Shown here: piece after piece, positions 29,220-40,583 of the stretch
Numbering within the stretch: the first letter of the stretch is position 1
How the letters are laid out: each line of letters begins with the position of its first letter
Origin: a bacterium
Lineage (GTDB): Bacteria; Zhuqueibacterota; Zhuqueibacteria; Residuimicrobiales; Krinioviventaceae
Length of the DNA: 64,000 bases
Assembly: GCA_963693055.1 (NCBI GenBank)
Contig: OY843751.1
Coordinates: 2,560,001 to 2,624,000, forward strand
Direction: 5' to 3'
The notes under the pieces: generated by a model
What the model was told of the DNA's origin: nothing
Seen by the model: the letters and a program-made list of their open reading frames with translations, nothing else
Database searches by the model: none
Made by a program: the position numbers and the translations under genes

Positions 29220-31193
29220 TTACTCCAGAGTAAAATAAAATGTTGAACCAACATTTTTTTTAGATTCAACCCAAATTTTTCCACCATGTCTGGATACAAT
29301 TCTTTTAACTATAGCGAGTCCTACTCCTGTTCCTGTAAATTCATCATTTCTGTGTAATCTTTTAAATACATCAAATACATTATCTGCATAATGCATATCA
29401 AAACCTACACCATTATCCTTAACAAAAAATATACCATCATTTTCGATTATACCTATTTCAATCAAAGGATTTTCAGTTTTGCTTGAATATTTTATAGAGT
29501 TTTCCAAAAGATTCATATATATCTGTTTCACAAGCGAGGCATCTGCCCTAATGTTTTTATTTAGAGCAGAATCTATATTGATTTGTAATTTTGATTTTTG
29601 AATATCAATATTTAATGTTTCAAAAACTTCATCGATAACTGTTCTAATATTTAAATTTTGTTTTTGTAATGGCTTTCTGTTCATTCTTGAAAAATTCAAT
29701 AGATCATTTATAAGTTCACCCATATATTTAGAGTTGTCGTGAACTATTGAAAGGTGTCTTTTACCGTCGTTTGAAAGGTTCTCTAGCTCATCCTCTAATA
29801 AAATTTTTGTAAAACCATGAATTGATCGAAGTGGTGCTCTAAGATCGTGTGAAATAGAATATGAAAAAGCTTCAAGCTCTTGATTTGCAAATTCAAGTTG
29901 ATCAGTGTATTTTTTTATTTTCTCTTCACTTTTTATGCGTTCTGTAATATCTCTATACACAACGCCAGCAAGATTAATTTCATTGTTTGCATTTATTATG
30001 GGTAAGAAAATGGATTCTAAATATTTCTCACTATCCTTAATTAAAACTTTATCTATTACCTGTATTGTTACCGGGTTGTTGAATGTATTAGATAGTCTAT
30101 GTGAAAACAAATTTGCCAGTTCTGGTAAATGATTCAAAGCGGTTTCTAATTTTTTATTGAGAAAATCATTCTTGTTAATTTCAGTGTGTTTGATAAATAC
30201 CTGGTTAGCAAAAACAAACTCTTTGTTGCGGTTCCATACTGCAATACTATCCAATGTCGAGTTGAACATTGCTCTAAATCTTTCTTCACTTTCTCTCAAC
30301 TCTATTTCAATTTGTTTTCTTTCGGAGATTTCTTTTTCCAGAGCTTTATTTATTTTATCCAGCTGTTCTGTTCTTTTAATAACCCGTTGTTCCAGTTCCT
30401 GGTTAAGCTTTAATATTTCCTGCTCATTTATTTTTCTTTCAGATACATCCTGAAAAACCAATTGGAATGCTGGTTTGCCTTTATATTCAATATAATTTTG
30501 TTTTGCTTCAACATATATTAATGAATTATCTTTTTTGATGAGCTTAAATTCGTTTATATCAATGCTGTTATTAGGATTTAAAAAAGACTCTAAAGAATCC
30601 TGATGTATTATTGATTCAATGGAATTACCTATAAAATCTTTGGCAAAAGACCCGGCCAGAGCATTTATAGCTGCAAGATTAAGAAACAATATACTTTCTT
30701 TGTCATAAACCAAAATTGGAATAGGGGAGAGTTGAAATAATGACCGGTAACGTATCTCACTTTCCTGAACAGCATCTTCTGCTTGAGATTTTGCAACATC
30801 ATGAATTTCTATTACTTCTAAAAATTGATTGAATGCCTGGTAAAGCTCGTTAACCTCTTTGTTAAATTGGGAATTCAAACGAATGTGATAATTTCTTGTT
30901 TTTGATATTTCTGATGTTGCATTTGTGAGTTGTTTGATGGGTGAAAATATACTTTTTTTGAGATAAAAGATAATTAGCAGGGAGGTGAGTACTATGAAAA
31001 GATCAAGTATCCATAGAAAATTTAGATTATTAAAATTTGCCTGGTTAACAACTAGTGTTAATTGTTCTTGATGAGAATGACTTTTCAGTAATAATAAGAT
31101 TAGAACGGCCGAAATAATACCAGCGAGTAAAACACTTGCAAGTAAGAGTGATATGATTTTTTTTGATAATTGTACTTTCAAACATTTTTCCAA
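29220..31193 (-). CDS. Membrane HAMP-PAS sensor histidine kinase
   Basis: Two TMs, FSYSISHDLRAPLRSI, DNGVGFD, GTGVGLAIV. Confidence 0.9.
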   Translation of the reverse strand: MEKCLKVQLSKKIISLLLASVLLAGIISAVLILLLLKSHSHQEQLTLVVNQANFNNLNFLWILDLFIVLTSLLIIFYLKKSIFSPIKQLTNATSEISKTRNYHIRLNSQFNKEVNELYQAFNQFLEVIEIHDVAKSQAEDAVQESEIRYRSLFQLSPIPILVYDKESILFLNLAAINALAGSFAKDFIGNSIESIIHQDSLESFLNPNNSIDINEFKLIKKDNSLIYVEAKQNYIEYKGKPAFQLVFQDVSERKINEQEILKLNQELEQRVIKRTEQLDKINKALEKEISERKQIEIELRESEERFRAMFNSTLDSIAVWNRNKEFVFANQVFIKHTEINKNDFLNKKLETALNHLPELANLFSHRLSNTFNNPVTIQVIDKVLIKDSEKYLESIFLPIINANNEINLAGVVYRDITERIKSEEKIKKYTDQLEFANQELEAFSYSISHDLRAPLRSIHGFTKILLEDELENLSNDGKRHLSIVHDNSKYMGELINDLLNFSRMNRKPLQKQNLNIRTVIDEVFETLNIDIQKSKLQINIDSALNKNIRADASLVKQIYMNLLENSIKYSSKTENPLIEIGIIENDGIFFVKDNGVGFDMHYADNVFDVFKRLHRNDEFTGTGVGLAIVKRIVSRHGGKIWVESKKNVGSTFYFTLE

Positions 31194-31509
31194 AAGTTAG
31201 TGTTTTATAGAAAATCAATAGGGTCAGGCTTTTATTACTAATGTTTTGGAAAAGAATCAGCTGTTTCAAAAATATATTTATTTCCCTAAATCCTTGGCTT
31301 TATATAAATTAGAGAATATTTTTTACAAATCAAGAGAAAAAATAATTTTAATCCTTTTAATCATAAAATTCTATATGAATTGTGTAGAATTTGTCACTTG
31401 ATTAATACTGAATTTTTATTTACTTTAACTATTAATTTTGTGTTGTGAGTTTTCTTTCACCAATTTCATAATATGTTTTTCAACTTGATAACACCAAAAG
31501 GAGCGTTGG

Positions 31510-33147
31510 ATGAGTTTTGCATGGCCTGATTATCTGGTTTTTATAAGCTATATAATCATCATTGTGAGTCTTGGTCTTTGGGTTTCCAGGAGTAAAAAAG
31601 GTCACCAAAAGAATGCACAGGATTATTTTTTAGCAAGTAAATCTTTGCCCTGGTGGGCAATTGGAACATCTCTGATTGCAGCAAATATTTCTGCTGAACA
31701 GTTTATTGGAATGTCTGGTTCTGGTTTTGCAATAGGTTTAGCAATTGCCACTTATGAATGGATGGCTGCTCTTACTTTGATTATTGTTGGTAAATTCTTT
31801 TTACCTATCTTTATTGAAAAGAAATTATATACCATTCCAGAATTTATAGAACAACGCTTCAATACCACTTTAAAATCTATTCTTGCTGTTTTTTGGATTG
31901 CGTTATTTGTGTTTGTTAATTTAACTTCTGTTTTGTTTTTAGGTGGTAAAGCTCTTGATACTATTATTGGTACAGGTGATGGCAGCCTGATTGTTTACGC
32001 TATTTTGGTATTGGCCTTTATTGCTGCTGCTTATTCTTTGTACGGTGGCTTGTCTGCAGTTGCATGGACCGATGTTTTACAGGTAGCATTGTTGGTTGTT
32101 GGTGGTTTAATTACAACTGTTATTGCTTTGAATCATTTAACACCTGATGGTGGTCTTGCTGCTGGTATATCTCATCTTGCTAGTACAGCAGGTTCTAAAT
32201 TCCACATGATTCTAAGTCGTGACAATCCCGAGTATTTCAACCTGCCAGGTATAGGTGTTTTGATAGGAGGTATGTGGGTTGCCAATTTGTATTACTGGGG
32301 ATTTAACCAGTATATTATTCAACGTGCATTGGCTGCCAAGTCATTAGGTGAAGCTCAACGAGGATTAGCGTTTGCAGCTTTTCTTAAATTAATTATTCCT
32401 TTGATTGTTGTTATTCCCGGTATTGTTGCATGGGTAATGTTTACGCAGCCCGAAGGTACGGCCATGATTGCCGGTGTGCAAGATGCCTTTTTAAAAGCGA
32501 ATGGAGATGTAAATTTTGATAAAGCATATCCCTGGTTGATTAGTGTATTTATTCCAACAGGTTTAAAGGGATTGGTTGTAGCTGCTTTAACTGCTGCTAT
32601 TGTATCATCTCTTGCATCCATGTTGAATTCCACTTCAACCATTTTTACAATGGACATTTATAAACCTTATATGAGACCAAATGCTACAGATAAGCAGATT
32701 GTTACCGTTGGTCGTCTTAGCGCCGGTATTGCTTTAATTGTTGCAGTTACACTGGCACCAATTATGAAAAACATTCCGCAGATGTTTCAATATATTCAGG
32801 AATATACAGGTCTTGTAAGTCCTGGTATTTTGGGTGTATTTTTAATGGGTCTGTTCTGGAAAAAAACAACAACTCGTGCAGCTATTACTGGTGTGTTGGC
32901 TTCTATTGTTATCGCTTTATTGTTAAAAGCTTCATTCATTGATCTTCCTTTTATGGATCAAATGTTTTACACCCTGATATTAACAATTGTTATTATTGTA
33001 GGTGTTACTTTGACTACTTCTGATAAAGATGAAGATGAAAAAGCGATTGTTTTGACATCCAAAGTTTTTAAAACAGATTCGGTTTTCAATATTTCTTCTT
33101 ATGCTATATTGATAATTCTGGTTGTATTGTATACAGTTTTTTGGTAA
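31510..33147 (+). CDS. Sodium/sugar (galactose/glucose) symporter, SSS family
   Basis: DYFLA, ANISAEQFIGMSG, YWGFNQYIIQRALAA; adjacent to galK. Confidence 0.92.
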   Translation: MSFAWPDYLVFISYIIIIVSLGLWVSRSKKGHQKNAQDYFLASKSLPWWAIGTSLIAANISAEQFIGMSGSGFAIGLAIATYEWMAALTLIIVGKFFLPIFIEKKLYTIPEFIEQRFNTTLKSILAVFWIALFVFVNLTSVLFLGGKALDTIIGTGDGSLIVYAILVLAFIAAAYSLYGGLSAVAWTDVLQVALLVVGGLITTVIALNHLTPDGGLAAGISHLASTAGSKFHMILSRDNPEYFNLPGIGVLIGGMWVANLYYWGFNQYIIQRALAAKSLGEAQRGLAFAAFLKLIIPLIVVIPGIVAWVMFTQPEGTAMIAGVQDAFLKANGDVNFDKAYPWLISVFIPTGLKGLVVAALTAAIVSSLASMLNSTSTIFTMDIYKPYMRPNATDKQIVTVGRLSAGIALIVAVTLAPIMKNIPQMFQYIQEYTGLVSPGILGVFLMGLFWKKTTTRAAITGVLASIVIALLLKASFIDLPFMDQMFYTLILTIVIIVGVTLTTSDKDEDEKAIVLTSKVFKTDSVFNISSYAILIILVVLYTVFW

Positions 33148-33219
33148 TTGTAAAACCCGGTGTTATTTTGTTTGATTTGTACTAAAGCACCGGGTTGTTA
33201 TATATTATATTGAGGTAAA

Positions 33220-34371
33220 ATGGATTTTATAACCATTGCAGATAAGTTTAAAGATCATTTCAAATCTATCCCCAGAATTTTCAGAGCCCCAGGTCGGGTA
33301 AATCTTATTGGTGAACATGTTGATTATAATGATGGTTTTGTATTACCAATTGCCATAAATAATTATACTGCTGTTGCTATGACTCCACGACAGGACCGAA
33401 TGCTTTGGATATGGTCTGAAAACATGAAAGAGTTGAAAAAGATTGATCTTGATGAAATATCACGCAAACAGAACCATTGGAGTGACTATATTGCAGGGCT
33501 TGCTAAATTATTAGAACTGAATGGTATAAAACTGACAGGGGCTAATCTTTTTATTGAAAGTGAAATTTCTATAGGTGCAGGATTATCATCGTCTGCGGCT
33601 TTGGAAGTATCTGCATCATTGGCATTATTAAATTCTGTTGATGTAGTTATGGATTCGGTTAAACTGGCTAAACTTGGTCAAACTGTTGAAAATCAATTTG
33701 TGGGTACAAATTCAGGTATAATGGATCCGTTTGTATCGGTACATGGTGAAAAAGATAAAGCGATTTTTCTGGATTGCCGCTCATTAGATTATGAATTGAT
33801 TTCTATACCTTCAGATGATATTAAAATTGTTATTTGCAATACTAAAGTCAAACACGAACTTGGAGAATCCGAGTATAACAATCGTCGTTCTGAATGTGAG
33901 GCCGGTGTTAAAGTATTAAAAAAATCTCTTGGTAAAATAAGAGCATTACGTGATGTTACCAAAGATCAATTTAATGAATTTCAAGATCAATTGATGCCCA
34001 ATATCAAAATGCGTTGCAGGCATGTTATAAGTGAAATTGAACGTACCCGACTTTGTGCTGATGCGTTAAAGAATAACGATCTGGTAACTTTTGGTAAATA
34101 TATGTATGAATCTCATGACAGCCTTCGAGATGATTACCAGGTCAGTTGCAGAGAATTAGATGTTATGGTTAATATTGCGTCCAAACAACCCGGAGTTTTG
34201 GGGGCCAGAATGACAGGCGGTGGTTTTGGAGGTAGTACTGTTAATTTGGTAAAAACTCAACATGTTGGTAGATTTTGTGAAGCTATTTACACAAATTTCA
34301 AGAAACAAACAGGTATTGAACCTATTATCTATATTTCTACCGCGGCAAGGGGCGCAGCCGAATTCTTTTAA
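33220..34371 (+). CDS. galK: Galactokinase
   Basis: APGRVNLIGEHVDYNDG, GAGLSSSAA, GARMTGGGFGG. Confidence 0.96.
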   Translation: MDFITIADKFKDHFKSIPRIFRAPGRVNLIGEHVDYNDGFVLPIAINNYTAVAMTPRQDRMLWIWSENMKELKKIDLDEISRKQNHWSDYIAGLAKLLELNGIKLTGANLFIESEISIGAGLSSSAALEVSASLALLNSVDVVMDSVKLAKLGQTVENQFVGTNSGIMDPFVSVHGEKDKAIFLDCRSLDYELISIPSDDIKIVICNTKVKHELGESEYNNRRSECEAGVKVLKKSLGKIRALRDVTKDQFNEFQDQLMPNIKMRCRHVISEIERTRLCADALKNNDLVTFGKYMYESHDSLRDDYQVSCRELDVMVNIASKQPGVLGARMTGGGFGGSTVNLVKTQHVGRFCEAIYTNFKKQTGIEPIIYISTAARGAAEFF

Positions 34372-34510
34372 ATTTGCATCAATTTTACTTTTATCAAATC
34401 ATCGGAATAATCAATATTATTAACCCGTTTTAATTTATAGAAATTTTGATTTCTTGGGGTGTTATTTATTATAAACTAATCTGTTTTTAACAGATAAGGA
34501 GTTTTTTTTA

Positions 34511-36685
34511 ATGCAAATGATTCATATTGTATCAAACAGGTTACCTACAAGTATAAGTAAAAAAAACAACAAGCTTTCCTTTAAACCTAGTGCTGGAGGA
34601 CTTGCTACGGGCTTAGGGTCTCTTTACAAAAAATATGATAGTTTATGGTTGGGATGGCCCGGTATTATACCTACAAATGATGATGAAAAAAATGAAATCA
34701 AAAAAAACCTGGTACAAGATAGAATGTCACCGGTATTTTTAGGTAAGGATGATATTGAAAAATATTATGAAGGATTTAGTAACAATACAATTTGGCCCTT
34801 GTTCCACTATTTTACCCAATATACTCACTATCATCAGGATCAATGGGAAGCTTATGTTAAAGTTAATAATATATTCTGTGACGAGTTGATTGACAAAATA
34901 CGTCGTGATGACATTATCTGGATTCATGATTATCACTTGTTACTTTTGCCTCAAATGATCAGAGAAAGAATACCTGATGCTACCATTGGTTTCTTTTTAC
35001 ATATCCCATTTCCTTCGTTTGAAATTTTCCGTCTGCTCCCCTGGAGAAAGGAAATTTTGGCAGGCTTGCTTGGGGCTGATTTAATAGGATTCCATACTTT
35101 TGATTATGGCCGTCACTTTATGAGTGCAGTAACCCGTATTGCTGGTCATGAAGTAAAAATGAACCGCATTACTCATGAAGATAGGGTAACGCAGGTCGAT
35201 TGTTTTCCTATGGGGATTGATTTTGATAAATTTGCCGCAGCACCAAAAAAACAAGCTGTGCAGAGAGAAAAAAAGAAATTTTTAAAAAGGCTTACATCAT
35301 CAAAAATTATTATATCAATTGATCGATTAGACTATTCCAAAGGATTATTACAAAGGCTTGAAGCGTATGACATGTTTCTTCGGGAAAATCCCGAATACCT
35401 TGAAAAAATTGTTCTTATAATGGTTGTCGTTCCTTCACGTTCCCAGGTTGCAAATTATCAAGATCTAAAACATCAAATAGATGAAATGGTTGGACGAATT
35501 AATGGTGAACATGGCTCTGTAGGTTGGATTCCCATCGTCTACTTGTATCGTTCATTTTCTTTCAATGCGCTTTCCGCATTATACAGCATTGCTGATATAG
35601 CATTAATAACTCCGTTGCGTGATGGCATGAACCTTGTAGCAAAAGAGTTTATAGCCAACAAAAAGGATGACAAAGGTGTTTTGATAATGAGCGAGTTGGC
35701 TGGTTCTGCTGACGAGTTGGGAGAAGCTATTTTAATAAATCCCAATGATCAGCGAGATATTGTTGAAGCTTTGAAACATGCACTGGTAATGCCTGAAGAA
35801 GAGCAAATCAAGCGTAATCTTGAGATGCAACACAAAATCAAGCGTTACAATGTAAAGCGTTGGGCTGAAGATTTTGTTGAAAGACTTGTACAGGCTAAAG
35901 AGCTTCAAAATTCTTTGAAAATTAAACAACTGTCCGCAAATTCAACCCGTAAAATTGTCACTTCATATAAAGAGGCTGAAAAACGGTTGATTTTTCTGGA
36001 TTATGATGGCACTTTGGTACCCTTTTTTAAGAATCCACTCGATGCAAAGCCTGATAATGAGTTGTTAGAAATTTTAAAAGCGTTGGCTGCTGATTCTAGA
36101 AACAGTGTGGTAATTATAAGTGGTAGAAGTCAGGAAATTATCGAAGAATGGTTCGGAGAACTTGAGATTGATCTGGTAGCTGAGCATGGGGTGTGGTTAA
36201 GAGAGTTGGGACATACCTGGGAAATGATTGATTCTTTATCTCAGGATTGGAAAAAAGATATTAATCCGATTCTTGATTTATATGTTGAACGTACACCAGG
36301 TTCTTTTGTTGAAGAAAAAGGATATTCACTGGTATGGCATTATCGTAAAGCTGATGTTGGTTTAGGTGAACTTCGAGCCAGAGAGTTAATTGATACTTTG
36401 AATTATTTTACTGGCAATCTTGATCTTCAGATCCTTGAAGGTAACAAGGTGATTGAGATCAAAAATAGTGGTATTAATAAAGGCAGAGCTGCTATCAAAT
36501 GGATCAACCGTGAAGAATGGCCATTTATTATTGGCATAGGTGATGATTGGACAGATGAAGATTTATTTAGCGCAATGCCAGACCAGGCTTTCTCCATACG
36601 TGTTGGTTTTGTATCCACTTTGGCGAAGCATAATATAAAATCCTATATTCAGGTTAGAAAATTATTGCGCGATATGATTGATTGA
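34511..36685 (+). CDS. Bifunctional trehalose-6-phosphate synthase/phosphatase (OtsA-OtsB fusion)
   Basis: VSNRLP, WIHDYHL, FLHIPFP, DRLDYSKG, DGMNLVAKE, then HAD motifs FLDYDGTL and GDDWTDED. Confidence 0.95.
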   Translation: MQMIHIVSNRLPTSISKKNNKLSFKPSAGGLATGLGSLYKKYDSLWLGWPGIIPTNDDEKNEIKKNLVQDRMSPVFLGKDDIEKYYEGFSNNTIWPLFHYFTQYTHYHQDQWEAYVKVNNIFCDELIDKIRRDDIIWIHDYHLLLLPQMIRERIPDATIGFFLHIPFPSFEIFRLLPWRKEILAGLLGADLIGFHTFDYGRHFMSAVTRIAGHEVKMNRITHEDRVTQVDCFPMGIDFDKFAAAPKKQAVQREKKKFLKRLTSSKIIISIDRLDYSKGLLQRLEAYDMFLRENPEYLEKIVLIMVVVPSRSQVANYQDLKHQIDEMVGRINGEHGSVGWIPIVYLYRSFSFNALSALYSIADIALITPLRDGMNLVAKEFIANKKDDKGVLIMSELAGSADELGEAILINPNDQRDIVEALKHALVMPEEEQIKRNLEMQHKIKRYNVKRWAEDFVERLVQAKELQNSLKIKQLSANSTRKIVTSYKEAEKRLIFLDYDGTLVPFFKNPLDAKPDNELLEILKALAADSRNSVVIISGRSQEIIEEWFGELEIDLVAEHGVWLRELGHTWEMIDSLSQDWKKDINPILDLYVERTPGSFVEEKGYSLVWHYRKADVGLGELRARELIDTLNYFTGNLDLQILEGNKVIEIKNSGINKGRAAIKWINREEWPFIIGIGDDWTDEDLFSAMPDQAFSIRVGFVSTLAKHNIKSYIQVRKLLRDMID

Positions 36686-36699
36686 TAAAGGAGTTCATT

Positions 36700-37944
36700 A
36701 TGAAAACATTAGACGATTATAGGTATATCATTGGAGACGAACAATTAGCTGCAATTTATCAAAATGCACGAAAGCTATATGGTAAAGAAATTATTCACAT
36801 AAATTCTACTTTTATGGGAGGTGGTGTAGCTGAGATATTAACCAGCTTGACCCCTTTGATGAACAGTGCTGGAATTTCAGCAGACTGGCGTGTTATTCAT
36901 GGAAACATTGATCTTTTTAATATTACCAAGAAATTTCATAACAGTTTGCAGGGAGATCCTATTAATCTTTCTGAAATTAAAAAGGAGCTATATATCCAGG
37001 CAAGTGAGAATTTCTCAGCATATGCAAATCTGGATTGTGATGCCGTTATTGTGCATGATCCACAACCTTTACCATTGATCCAGTTTTATCAAAAAAAGCA
37101 ACCCTGGATTTGGCGTTGTCATATAGATTTATCAAATCCTGATAAAGATCTTTGGGAATTCCTGAAAGGATTTATTCTGCGTTATGATATGACAATTCTT
37201 TCTCATGAACAATACAAAAAACAGGATCTGCCCGTAATGCAGAAAATTATTCAACCTGTTATTGATCCATTGACTTTGAAAAACAAAGATCTGGACGATG
37301 ATACCATTAATGAATATATCAGTAAATTCAATATTCCTACAGATAAACCATTGCTGACACAAATTTCACGTTTTGATAAATGGAAAGATCCTCTTGGTGT
37401 AATTGAAGTGTATAAAAAGGTCCGTGAACAGGTTGATTGTCGTTTGATTTTGTGTGGAAGTATGGCCTCTGATGATCCTGAAGGTATTGAAATCTATGAA
37501 ATGGTTAATGAGAAACACAAAGACCTTATTGATAGTGGCGATATTATACTTATGACACTTGAAAACCATATTCTTGTAAATGTATTGCAGAGAATTTCAA
37601 CCGTTGTAATTCAAAAATCTTTGCGAGAAGGATTTGGTCTTGTGGTTACAGAAGCATTGTGGAAAGAAAAGCCTGTTGTTGCTTCAAAAATTGGAGGCAT
37701 CCCGCTTCAGATTGAAGATGGTGTGCATGGTTATCTGTTAGATCCTTTAGACTTTGATGGATTTGCTGATCGTATCATATATTTAATGAAAAATCCTGAC
37801 AAGGCAAAAGATATGGGTAAAGCTGCAAAAGAGTATGTTAAAGAAAAATTCTTGATTACCCGCTTGTTAAATGATTATATGGATGTTTTAAGCCAGGAAT
37901 TAGGTAATTATACTTTGTGTTATTATACACCTAATGGCAGATAA
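36700..37944 (+). CDS. treT: TreT-like trehalose glycosyltransferring synthase (GT4)
   Basis: HINST..GGGVAEIL, VHDPQP, WRCHID, SRFDKWKDP, QKSLREGFGL; ATG 36700 after AAGGAG. Confidence 0.85.
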   Translation: MKTLDDYRYIIGDEQLAAIYQNARKLYGKEIIHINSTFMGGGVAEILTSLTPLMNSAGISADWRVIHGNIDLFNITKKFHNSLQGDPINLSEIKKELYIQASENFSAYANLDCDAVIVHDPQPLPLIQFYQKKQPWIWRCHIDLSNPDKDLWEFLKGFILRYDMTILSHEQYKKQDLPVMQKIIQPVIDPLTLKNKDLDDDTINEYISKFNIPTDKPLLTQISRFDKWKDPLGVIEVYKKVREQVDCRLILCGSMASDDPEGIEIYEMVNEKHKDLIDSGDIILMTLENHILVNVLQRISTVVIQKSLREGFGLVVTEALWKEKPVVASKIGGIPLQIEDGVHGYLLDPLDFDGFADRIIYLMKNPDKAKDMGKAAKEYVKEKFLITRLLNDYMDVLSQELGNYTLCYYTPNGR

Positions 37945-38009
37945 AAACTATTTTTTCTTAATTAAAAAAGGCTTACATTCTATTTCGTAAAAATGGATTT
38001 CCTTTTAGG

Positions 38010-38915
38010 ATGCTGATAATGAATCGATTTTTTATTTATATGTTAAGCCTTTTTTTTATTATTTCAGGCTGTCAAAAATCACAAGAAAATACTCGAGCAA
38101 AGATCCAGGTTGCTGCTTCAATCATGCCATTGGTAGATTTTACGCAGCAAATTGGAGGGGAACAAGTTGATGTTTTTCAAATCATTCCACCTGGTTCAAA
38201 TGCTCATACTTTTGAATTAACACCCCAACTTGTAAAAAATATTGCAGGTGCTGATTTGGTCGTATTAAACGGTTTAGGGCTTGAATTTTGGGCCCAAAAA
38301 CTTGATCAAATTATTGATCCTGATAACATAATAAATACCTCTGCAAATATCAAAATCCATGATCTACATGAAGGCCATCATCATGAACATGATGATGATC
38401 ATGAACTGCATGTGAATCCTCATATTTGGTTGGATCCTGTATGGGCATCTCAACAAATTATTATGATCCGGAATGCTCTAATCCATATTGATAAAGATCA
38501 TAAAATTGATTATGAGATGAGAGCGGATACTTTACTAAAATCTTTGGATAATTTAACTGTTTCTATAACAGATTCGGTAAATACATGGAGTCAAAAACAG
38601 TTCATTTGCTTTCATCCTGCATGGGAATATTTTGCAGAACGTTTTGGTTTGACCCAGGCAGCTATTATTGAACCTTCTCATGGAATGGAACCCGGACCTG
38701 CAAAAATTGCAGAGATTGTGGAAACAGCCAGAAATATTCAGGCCAGGGCAATATTTACCGAAGCTGAATTTCCAGATGTTTTGAGCAAGACAATTGCACG
38801 TGAAAGTGGAATTGTTACCGTAGCTCTTGATCCCCTGGGAAGTACTAAAGGTATAGATAATTATATTGATTTAATGCATTATAATGTAATGCAGATGTCT
38901 AAAGCATTGAAATAA
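38010..38915 (+). CDS. znuA: Zn/Mn ABC transporter substrate-binding lipoprotein
   Basis: Lipobox ISGC, HTFE, His-rich loop, NPHIWLDP. Confidence 0.88.
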   Translation: MLIMNRFFIYMLSLFFIISGCQKSQENTRAKIQVAASIMPLVDFTQQIGGEQVDVFQIIPPGSNAHTFELTPQLVKNIAGADLVVLNGLGLEFWAQKLDQIIDPDNIINTSANIKIHDLHEGHHHEHDDDHELHVNPHIWLDPVWASQQIIMIRNALIHIDKDHKIDYEMRADTLLKSLDNLTVSITDSVNTWSQKQFICFHPAWEYFAERFGLTQAAIIEPSHGMEPGPAKIAEIVETARNIQARAIFTEAEFPDVLSKTIARESGIVTVALDPLGSTKGIDNYIDLMHYNVMQMSKALK

Positions 38916-38922
38916 GTTCACT

Positions 38923-39744
38923 ATGGAAGAAATTAATAATACTGTAATATCTACAGAACATCTTTATGTAGCATATGAAGATAAATTGATCCTGGATGAT
39001 ATTACATTTGAGATCAAAAAAGGACAGTTTTGGGGTATCCTTGGTCCCAATGGATCTGGCAAGACCACATTGCTTGGTGCGTTATTGGGATTGGTTAAGC
39101 CTTTATCAGGTAAAATACATGTATTGGGTCAATCACCTGATAAATTGGGCCCCAAACGTGATTTATTAGGGTATGTACCTCAATATACTCAGGTTGATCT
39201 TAAATTCCCCATCAAAGTCAAAGATGTAGTAATGCTTGGGCGTACGAGGAAAATGGGGATAGGTAAACGGCCTGGGAAAGAAGACTGGCAGGCTGTAGAA
39301 AAAGCTCTTGATTTGGTAAACCTAAATAATCTTAAATATAGACAAATAGGCCGGTTATCGGGTGGAGAAAGACAGCGGGTTTTAATTGCCCGTGCTTTAG
39401 CGTTAGAGCCGGAAATACTTTTTCTGGATGAACCTACCGCTTCTCTGGATGTAGGAGCCACAGAAAGTTTTTATGAATGGTTATATTCCATGTACAAGAA
39501 TTTAAATATCACCCTTGTTCTTGTTTCTCACGATGTTGGAGTCATATCGAAATATGTAGATTCGGTAGCCTGTTTGAATGGGCGATTGGTTGCGCATGGA
39601 TTACCGGAACAAATATTAAATAATCATAATCTTGAAGATATGTATGGTTGCGATGCTGTTTTCTTTCATCATGGCAAAGTTCCCCATATTGTTGTTGCTG
39701 AACCGGAATCTAAACCTTATATCAGAGGAAACGATGTTGATTGA
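38923..39744 (+). CDS. znuC: Metal ABC transporter ATPase
   Basis: GPNGSGKTT, LSGGERQR, LDEPT. Confidence 0.9.
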   Translation: MEEINNTVISTEHLYVAYEDKLILDDITFEIKKGQFWGILGPNGSGKTTLLGALLGLVKPLSGKIHVLGQSPDKLGPKRDLLGYVPQYTQVDLKFPIKVKDVVMLGRTRKMGIGKRPGKEDWQAVEKALDLVNLNNLKYRQIGRLSGGERQRVLIARALALEPEILFLDEPTASLDVGATESFYEWLYSMYKNLNITLVLVSHDVGVISKYVDSVACLNGRLVAHGLPEQILNNHNLEDMYGCDAVFFHHGKVPHIVVAEPESKPYIRGNDVD

Positions 39745-40579
39745 TCTGTTTCAATATACTTTTATGCAACGGGCTTTGGCAGCATCAACCATAACCGGAA
39801 TTGTTTGCGCAGTTATTGGAGTATATGTTGTATTGCGCGGTATGGCTTTTATCGGTGCTGGTATTTCACATGCTTCGTTTGCCGGTGTTGCATTGGGTTT
39901 CGTATTGGGTATTAATCCTTTTTTTACAACAATTGTTTTCTGTATACTTACTGCATGGGGTATTGGCATTGTAAGTGATAAACAACATGTAAAAGAAGAT
40001 ACAGCAGTAGGAATCTTTTTTGCATCAACCATGGCTTTTGGTATTTTGTTGATTGGTTTTATTAAAGGATATACCATTGATTTGTTTGGTTATATCTTTG
40101 GTAATATATTAGCTGTTACACAATTTGATGTTTGGTCAGGTCTTGTTCTAGCCGTTGTAGTGGTAGGCAATATAATTTTCTTTTATAAAGAATTTTTATT
40201 TATCACATTTGATCCTGAAATGGCCAAAGTTACCGGAATTTCTGTACGGTTTTTTAATTTTTTAATGCTTACGCTAGTATCGCTTACTGTTGTCATATCA
40301 ATCAAGATTGTTGGAATTGTTCTTGTTTCTGCATTGATTGTAACACCTGCCGCATCAGCTTATCAATTGACTGATGATTTTAAAAAGATGATGATTCTTG
40401 CAATTGTGTTTGGAGTTGTATCATCATGGGCTGGTCTATTATTTTCAGCTATTTTTAATTTTCCTTCAGGAGCCACCATAGTATTGACTGCCACTTTGAT
40501 CTTTTTTATAACGTTTACATTTTCACCAAAGCGCAAAAACCTGAAACTACGCATGAAAAAACTTTTATCTGTGAACTGA
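39734..40579 (+). CDS. znuB: Metal ABC transporter permease
   Basis: FMQRAL, ISHASFAG, FGNILAV; ATG 39734 after GAGG. Confidence 0.9.
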   Translation: MLIDLFQYTFMQRALAASTITGIVCAVIGVYVVLRGMAFIGAGISHASFAGVALGFVLGINPFFTTIVFCILTAWGIGIVSDKQHVKEDTAVGIFFASTMAFGILLIGFIKGYTIDLFGYIFGNILAVTQFDVWSGLVLAVVVVGNIIFFYKEFLFITFDPEMAKVTGISVRFFNFLMLTLVSLTVVISIKIVGIVLVSALIVTPAASAYQLTDDFKKMMILAIVFGVVSSWAGLLFSAIFNFPSGATIVLTATLIFFITFTFSPKRKNLKLRMKKLLSVN

Positions 40580-40583
40580 GAGT

